Assembly: GCF_036321535.1 (NCBI RefSeq)
Contig: NC_087437.1
Span: 59,274,001 to 59,338,000 of the forward strand
Source of the DNA: Camelus dromedarius
Lineage: Eukaryota
DNA length: 64,000 nt
Direction of reading: 5' to 3'
Below, in pieces: positions 57,990 to 64,000 of this stretch. Position numbers and translations under genes: made by a program. Below the pieces are notes generated by a model. It was not told where the DNA came from. It worked only from the letters and a program-made list of their open reading frames with translations, and did not search any database. Position 1 is the stretch's first letter. The number at the start of each line of letters is the position of its first letter.

Positions 57990-60900
57990 GTTTTCCCTCA
58001 GCCTTTAAACAAGCTCAAGTCCTAAAGACAAAACTACCATGCCTACCCTGCATTCGAAGTACCCTCTCCAGTTAGCTTCCAAGCCCTTCTCTTCCTCTCA
58101 TGCAGACCTCTTAAACAGAGGTTTCTCCTCCTGTCTCCACTTCCTCATTTCTCAACACTTGGCATTCGAGTTTCCATCCCCATCCTTCCTCACCCAGCTC
58201 AGACAAGAATAACTCATGACCTCCATTTTCCCAAATCTAGCAGGCATTCTGCAGACCTTATCTTTCTGGATCTCTCTGCTACATTTGACACCTCAGATGA
58301 CTCCCACCCTCTGAAATCTCTTTACTGCCTTGGTTTCCAGAAGAGTACACTCTTCCAGTTCTCATATCTCAGTACATAAAGCCTCTGCCTCCTTGGATGG
58401 CATCCTTAAGTGCCACCAGTTGTGAATCTGTGCCTTACATGCAAGACTCCATTCTAAGTCCAGAGCTCTAGTCATACCACTCATACCACACATACCACAC
58501 TCACCTTCACCCTCACAGTTTCAGTTACCAAATCAGCTATCTCCAGCACAGACCTCTTCCACAAAAGTTAGGCCCTAATATCCAACTGCCTGCCAGACAG
58601 CTCTATCTAGATATCACAGGGGCACCCCAAACTCAGCTTGTCCAAAACTGAACTCATCCTCTGCCTTCATAGCAGCCCCTCCCTCAGCTGTTGGCACCAC
58701 CATCCATAGCCATCATGGGAATGAGTGTAAGTCATTCTTGATTCAGCCATTGCCTTATGCAATCATCCAGTCATCTATTTCACCTCCTTAATGATCCTCA
58801 AATCTCTATCTCCATTCCCACTAGCAAAAGTTTCAGCCATCTTTTCCAGCCTCCAAATTCATCATCTACTCTGCTTTCAGAGTGAACAATTTAAAACGCA
58901 CTCCTATTTAAAATCCTGCGGGGGTTCCCCTGGCTTCTGGATGTTGCATGTACGCCCTAGGCACCCAGGATGAACTCGTCAATGCACTCAGGGTTTTAAA
59001 TGATCATGAAGGTTTTAAATGATCCAGACTTTAAGAAGCACCCAAAATCCCCAAAGAAAGGCAACACATAACCAAACAAGGGGAAATTATAGGAAGAAAA
59101 AGAGCAATTGAATATTTCAAAAAGTTTCCTGCTACAGATATTTTGGGTATGGATAGAAGAGAATTTGGGCACTGATGGGAGGAGTTGTTGAGTTACTGGA
59201 AAGGCATATTTATAGGCTAAGGGAACAGATGAGCCAGAAAAGGAGAAGTCCAGGATGAAGAGAAAGGGAGTGCAGCATGTGTTGCGAAATTCTGGAAAGC
59301 CTGTTGATTTTTGGCCCATGATGATTCTGGGCCCTGACTTCTGTACATGCTGAGCCCAGCCCTTCCCTCCTCTGATCATACTCAATTCTTTGAGACCCAA
59401 CCCCTGATTACAACCCCAAATGGGTAACTCCTAGTTCACTGAAAAAATGCAGACCATCAAGGGGGAACCCCCACAAATCTACACAGCAACCTACATCTGC
59501 ATCCAGTGTCTCCCGCCGACTCCAGGTTTTGCAGAGGGGTAATGCCTCCTCCCAAGAGCTCTAACCCTCCACAAGTACAGTCCTCCTAGAGGTCATGGCT
59601 GTTGCCAACGCCAATGGATACTTTCCAGTCCTAATCTCTCTAGCCCTCTCAACAACATTTATCTCCCTTTCTTGAAACACTTTTCTCTTACTTTTGATAA
59701 CTCTCTTTCAGAGAGTTCCCACCCTTCTCCCTATTTGTCCACTCCATCTCCAACTCTTGTGGTTACTCCCTCTGTCCCAACTCTAAATGGTGCTGCTCCC
59801 CAGGGCTCAATCCAGGGCCCACTTTTCTCTATAAACTAGCCTTATTGTTTGGGTTATTTTTTTTTTCATTTGTCATCTATGGACCTTACGAGAGTTGTGG
59901 ATGGGCTTCAAGGTGTCTATAAATTTTTTAAACCTGAATGTAGATACTTTTAAAGGAAGAAGTATAGCTTCTATCAGCTTCTCAAAGGCGGCTGAGACCC
60001 AAAATAAGGATAAGAGCCCTGATCCACATTCACTCCCCCAGATGACCTCAAACACCATGACTGTAGCTTAATGTACATCATCTGTATGTACATTAATAAC
60101 TCACAACCATATATACACCTGCAGTCCAAGTCTCACTTTAGGGTCCCTGGACCATACGTCCATATCATCTTCACATGATGTCTCAGTGTACCTCATAAAT
60201 TCACTCACCCAAAACTCAACTCTTGCCCTTCTTCCCCAAACCAGCTACTTTTTCAGGCTTTCTCTTCCTTAGCAAAAACACTGTCACCCTCCTAGCTCCT
60301 CAAGCCAGAAACATGGGGGTCATTCTTTCCAATCCAGTATCAAATCCACTTCAAATCCTTTCACATCACTCCATCTCTACTTCTGCTAGAATAATCCACA
60401 CCACCTCCATCTCTCACCTGGAACTACTGTCTGAGCCCCCAGCAGAGTTCCCCACTTTCACCCTGCCCGCTTCCGCTGCACAGCAGCCAGCGTGTATGAC
60501 TGCATGTGACTTGGATTATAGCTTCTGATAGAGGTTTTCAATTGCTTCTTATTTCACTGAGAATAAAATGTGAACTTCTTTGAGCTACAAAGTCCAGTGT
60601 TGGATGTGGCCTGCACATCACTCCCCCTTAACTGGTACTCCTGCACCCTTACCTTCCTCCCACCCTATATCCTGCCTATCTCACCTCATTCCAACCACAG
60701 TAGCCCTTCTCTCCGATCCTCAAACATGCCACACTCTTTCCTGCCCCAGGACCTTTGCACTACCTTCTCTTTCTCACATTCCCTTTTTCCCTTACCTGGC
60801 TAACTCTTACAAGTTCAACTCTTGGCTGAAATACGTATACATCAGTTCTTGAAAAAGGCCTTCCCTGGCTATTCATTCTTTACTTTATTTTCTGATGATT

Positions 60901-61355
60901 TTCATTCATCCTCTTTATAACCATTATCACAATTTTAATTACCTGTGAGTTTATGTGTTTAACATCTGTCTCTCCCACAAGACTTCAACTTTGTGAAGAT
61001 GAGGACAGCTCTTCTGGGGTTACAGCCCCATAATTTTTCTAGAAGGGGCTTAAGAGTGGCAATCTACTTGGAAGAAGAAATGAGGGGTTTTCTTGAGGCT
61101 GTTTTTGTATGGCACTTTGTGTAGGACTTAAAAAGTATTAGTTGTCCATATGTGTAAATGGGGAAAGGACTTTTGGGATTATGGGAAAGGGCACATAAAG
61201 CATTCTGCCTGTCCTCCCCCAAAGCCATCTCTCATGCTGTTACTGGCAGACACTTAGTTGGTTTGGTTTATCACTATAGAATCAGCACTAGATGAAGCTT
61301 GGAATATGGTAGACACTCAAATGTGTGGTCAAATGAATGAATGAATGAATGAATT
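57990..61355 (+). mobile_element. Cluster of L2 fragments upstream of the gene
   Basis: TCCAACTGCCTG...AAACTCAGCTTGTCCAAAACTGAACTCATC; CAAGCCAGAAACATGGG; terminal (GAAT)n at about 61334-61353. Confidence 0.65.
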
Positions 61356-61574
61356 TACCATCCCAAACATCATATCCGTTAAATGCCTTTCCTGACTCTC
61401 AGGGTAAGAATCCCTATTCTGTGCACCCTTTTCACTGCATTTACAACATCAAATAAGTACCCGTTCAGTGTCTGTCTTCCATTTGTCTATGTTGTATTTG
61501 TCTTTTTGTTTCTACAGTTCTAAGTACTTTCACACATTATCTGACCATTACAACAATGCCAATATTAAAAGCAG

Positions 61575-61800
61575 TAGTTACTATTATCTGGATTTTTTAT
61601 AGATTAAGAAACTGAGGAAGCTTTACATGTGTTACTTCATTTAATCCTTGGAACAATCCAGGAAGCAGGTACCATTATTATCCATTTTACAGAATAGGAA
61701 AAGATATTAAATAATTCACTCAAAGTCACAGAGCTAATAAACAACACAAAGCCAGGATTCAACACAGGCAACTTGGTTCCAGGGTCAAACTCTTCATCAG
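61575..61800 (-). mobile_element. MIR SINE
   Basis: ATTATCCATTTTACAGA...AAAGTCACAGAGCTAATAA...GCCAGGATTCAA. Confidence 0.7.
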
Positions 61801-62341
61801 TGTGACCAAAAGAAGCCATAGTGATCCAGCCTCTGGGATCCAAACTCTTTGGATTATCTGTTTAAGCATCCAGACTCTGATTTCCTCTTGAGCAGGGACC
61901 CAACTAACCCATGTCTGGATCCTCAGCACCTAATGGAGGAACCAGCACATGATGGTACTTGGTAATAAGTATGCTGAGTAAATGGATACCAAGTGATCAC
62001 TGAGTTTCAGAACCCTAATGTCAAACTAACAATGAATGACTAAGATTCCCATTTTATAGAGAAGAAAGATGAGTTTCACAACTTCATAAGAGGAAGAGAT
62101 TTGTCGAACTGTCATTCTGACCAACCCCAGCCCTCTTTTGCATTTCTTCTGCTGCTTCCACAAAAGATTACAGGACACGTGTTCAGGAAGACTTCACCTT
62201 AAGAAATAAACATGCCACAGCACTTGCTGCCTTTCCTATAAAAAGTACCATTAAAAGTACTTTATAATGTTGGCCTAACAAGCTCTCTCCTTCCTTTAGC
62301 TCCTCCTAGGTCATCTTGTCCCTGTTTAGCTTGAACCACAT

Positions 62342-62343
<2 letters not shown>

Positions 62344-62393
<50 letters not shown>
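62344..62393. repeat. (GT)25 microsatellite
   Basis: Perfect run. Confidence 0.97.
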
Positions 62394-62395
<2 letters not shown>

Positions 62396-62644
62396 TGGAA
62401 CAGGAACAGGAGGAGAGCTGTGAGTCAGACGTCTAGAAATCAGAGTCCAGGGGCCACCACTGACTTCATCTCTGTTGCTAAGCAAAGCACGTAATCTTTT
62501 CTGTCTCTGCCACGAGACAGAAAGCAGGGACCGGCATTCTTCTCAGGCCACGGTGCCCTAGGATACAGTGGATCACATGCCTGTGAATATTGTTTACCAA
62601 CTCGCTGGGTAGATCACAGGACCCCTGCTCAGAGAAGTGCTCAC

Positions 62645-62825
62645 TGCTGGCATATAGCCAGTCATGTGCTAGTGAACGAGTCCTCCTGGAGAAAAAAAGA
62701 GAAAAAAGCACTTATTTGTAGCACCTGCCAATTTCGTGGTGTAAATACTCCCACCACGGCCATTTTCAAGCCACTGACAGTTTAGGCAGCTCACAAAACC
62801 CCTGAAAATTTAGCAATCTGCTCTA
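62645..62825. mobile_element. MER63-like hAT DNA transposon relic
   Basis: GTGGTGTAAATACTCCCACCACGGCC...CCTGAAAATTTAGCAATC. Confidence 0.6.
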
Positions 62826-63094
62826 ATGATTTTAGTAGGTCCATTGCTTCTAGTAGGTCCTCATGTAGACGGGGAAGGGAGAAATACAAGCAGCCGTTTA
62901 AATGGTGGTTTTAGGCTGTTATAGGGAATTTTCATGTGTTTAGATATAATGATGTCACTTCTGATGAGAAAAGAGCAATTGTACTGGACCTGGGAAAACT
63001 AAGTCAAATCTTAGCCTTCTTAGAAGTAATGTATTTATTTCTTTGAATTTCAATTCTAATAGGAATAATATTACCTACTTCACAGGATGGTTGA

Positions 63095-63320
63095 TTATCT
63101 AACAAACACTTGTATAGCACTTACTATCTGCTAAGCATTAAGTACTTTACACATTTGTTTATTTAATCTTTATAACAACACTGTAGGGTACGTACTATTT
63201 CAGTTTAGAGGTGTGAAAAGACCAAGGCATAGAGAAGTTAACTAAGTTCTCTAAGGTCATACATCTAGCAAGTAATAGTGCCAGGATTTGAACCTGGCTC
63301 CAAAGTCTGGGCTTTCAGTC
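63095..63320 (-). mobile_element. MIR SINE
   Basis: GCACTTACTAT...AAGGCATAGAGAAGTTAACTAA...GCCAGGATTTGAACC. Confidence 0.7.
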
Positions 63321-63334
63321 TTTAGGGCCCCCAG

Positions 63335-63508
63335 TCAGAATCAGCTAACTGATTTTACAGAGTTTGTTGGAACATAGCCGTACTCATTCATTTACGTGTT
63401 GCCTATGACTGCAGAGCAGAGTAGTTGTAACAGAGACCATATGACCAAGAAGCTCAAAATATTTATAATACTTGGTCCTTTACCAAAAAAGTTGGCTTAC
63501 CCCTGCTC
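63335..63508 (+). mobile_element. MER58A-like DNA transposon
   Basis: TTGGAACATAGCC...CATTCATTTACG...GTAGTTGTAACAGAGACC...AAAAAGTTGGC..CCCCTG. Confidence 0.7.
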
Positions 63509-64000
63509 TGTGGTATCCTGCCTGTTTGTAAGGGGTGAGACAATGGTTATTATTAAGAGCCTAGTAGTGCCCAGGGACCATACCCTGACATTTGTCCTAA
63601 AACAGTTGTGCCAGTGAAATAGCACTAAGGTGTAAACTTCAGTAAAAATGATCCACCAAAATATGTATTAATAGACACAGATATCTGACTTCATGGGCCC
63701 CAACATCTCAGGGTTGGAGTCAATTCATAGATTGCTCATCCCAGCCTTAACTTTCCACTTGGGGATATCGTATTGGGTTTTTGAAGTTAATCCTGTAAAT
63801 TCCTCATGATTATCCTTTTGAGTTCTGCAAAATGACTTCTCTATATAGTTGTGGGCTTTTTACACAGCAGAGCAAAGGCACCTCCTGGATGGAACCCAGG
63901 CATCAGGCTCATATCTCCACACGTGTCATTCTGTCTCCGAGGCAACTCCTCCTCCACGTGGCTGTTTCAGGTGCCAAGCAGAGAAACTCCTGAAAGCCTA

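Overview
Mammalian genomic DNA, probably camelid (two tRNA-derived Vic-1/VicSINE-like SINEs; no Alu, Bov-A or PRE1 seen). Nearly the whole window is the 5' and central part of ATP13A3, a P5B-type ATPase polyamine transporter, on the minus strand. It has a CpG-island promoter and non-coding first exon near 56.2-56.8 kb, a candidate 46-nt non-coding exon at 55.4 kb, and 28 coding exons (35768 down to 4595). All 28 have GT-AG boundaries and splice into one frame-consistent 3310-nt ORF containing the PPALP, DKTGT, KGAPE, TGDN and GDGAND motifs. The final coding exons and 3'UTR lie beyond position 1. Introns and upstream DNA hold old L1, L2, MIR and DNA-transposon relics, younger SINE/L1 insertions with target-site duplications, and microsatellites. 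The most interesting signal is the 5' leader: a strong-context uORF (MGLG*) followed in the same frame by a PGPGPPW stretch resembling the polyamine/eIF5A-sensing PPW stall motif. The small UTR exon decides whether that frame joins the main ORF or overlaps it out of frame. Also noted: a likely internal alternative promoter at about 41.2-41.6 kb and candidate cassette exons in the last intron. Repeat family names and human comparisons are from memory, not searches.
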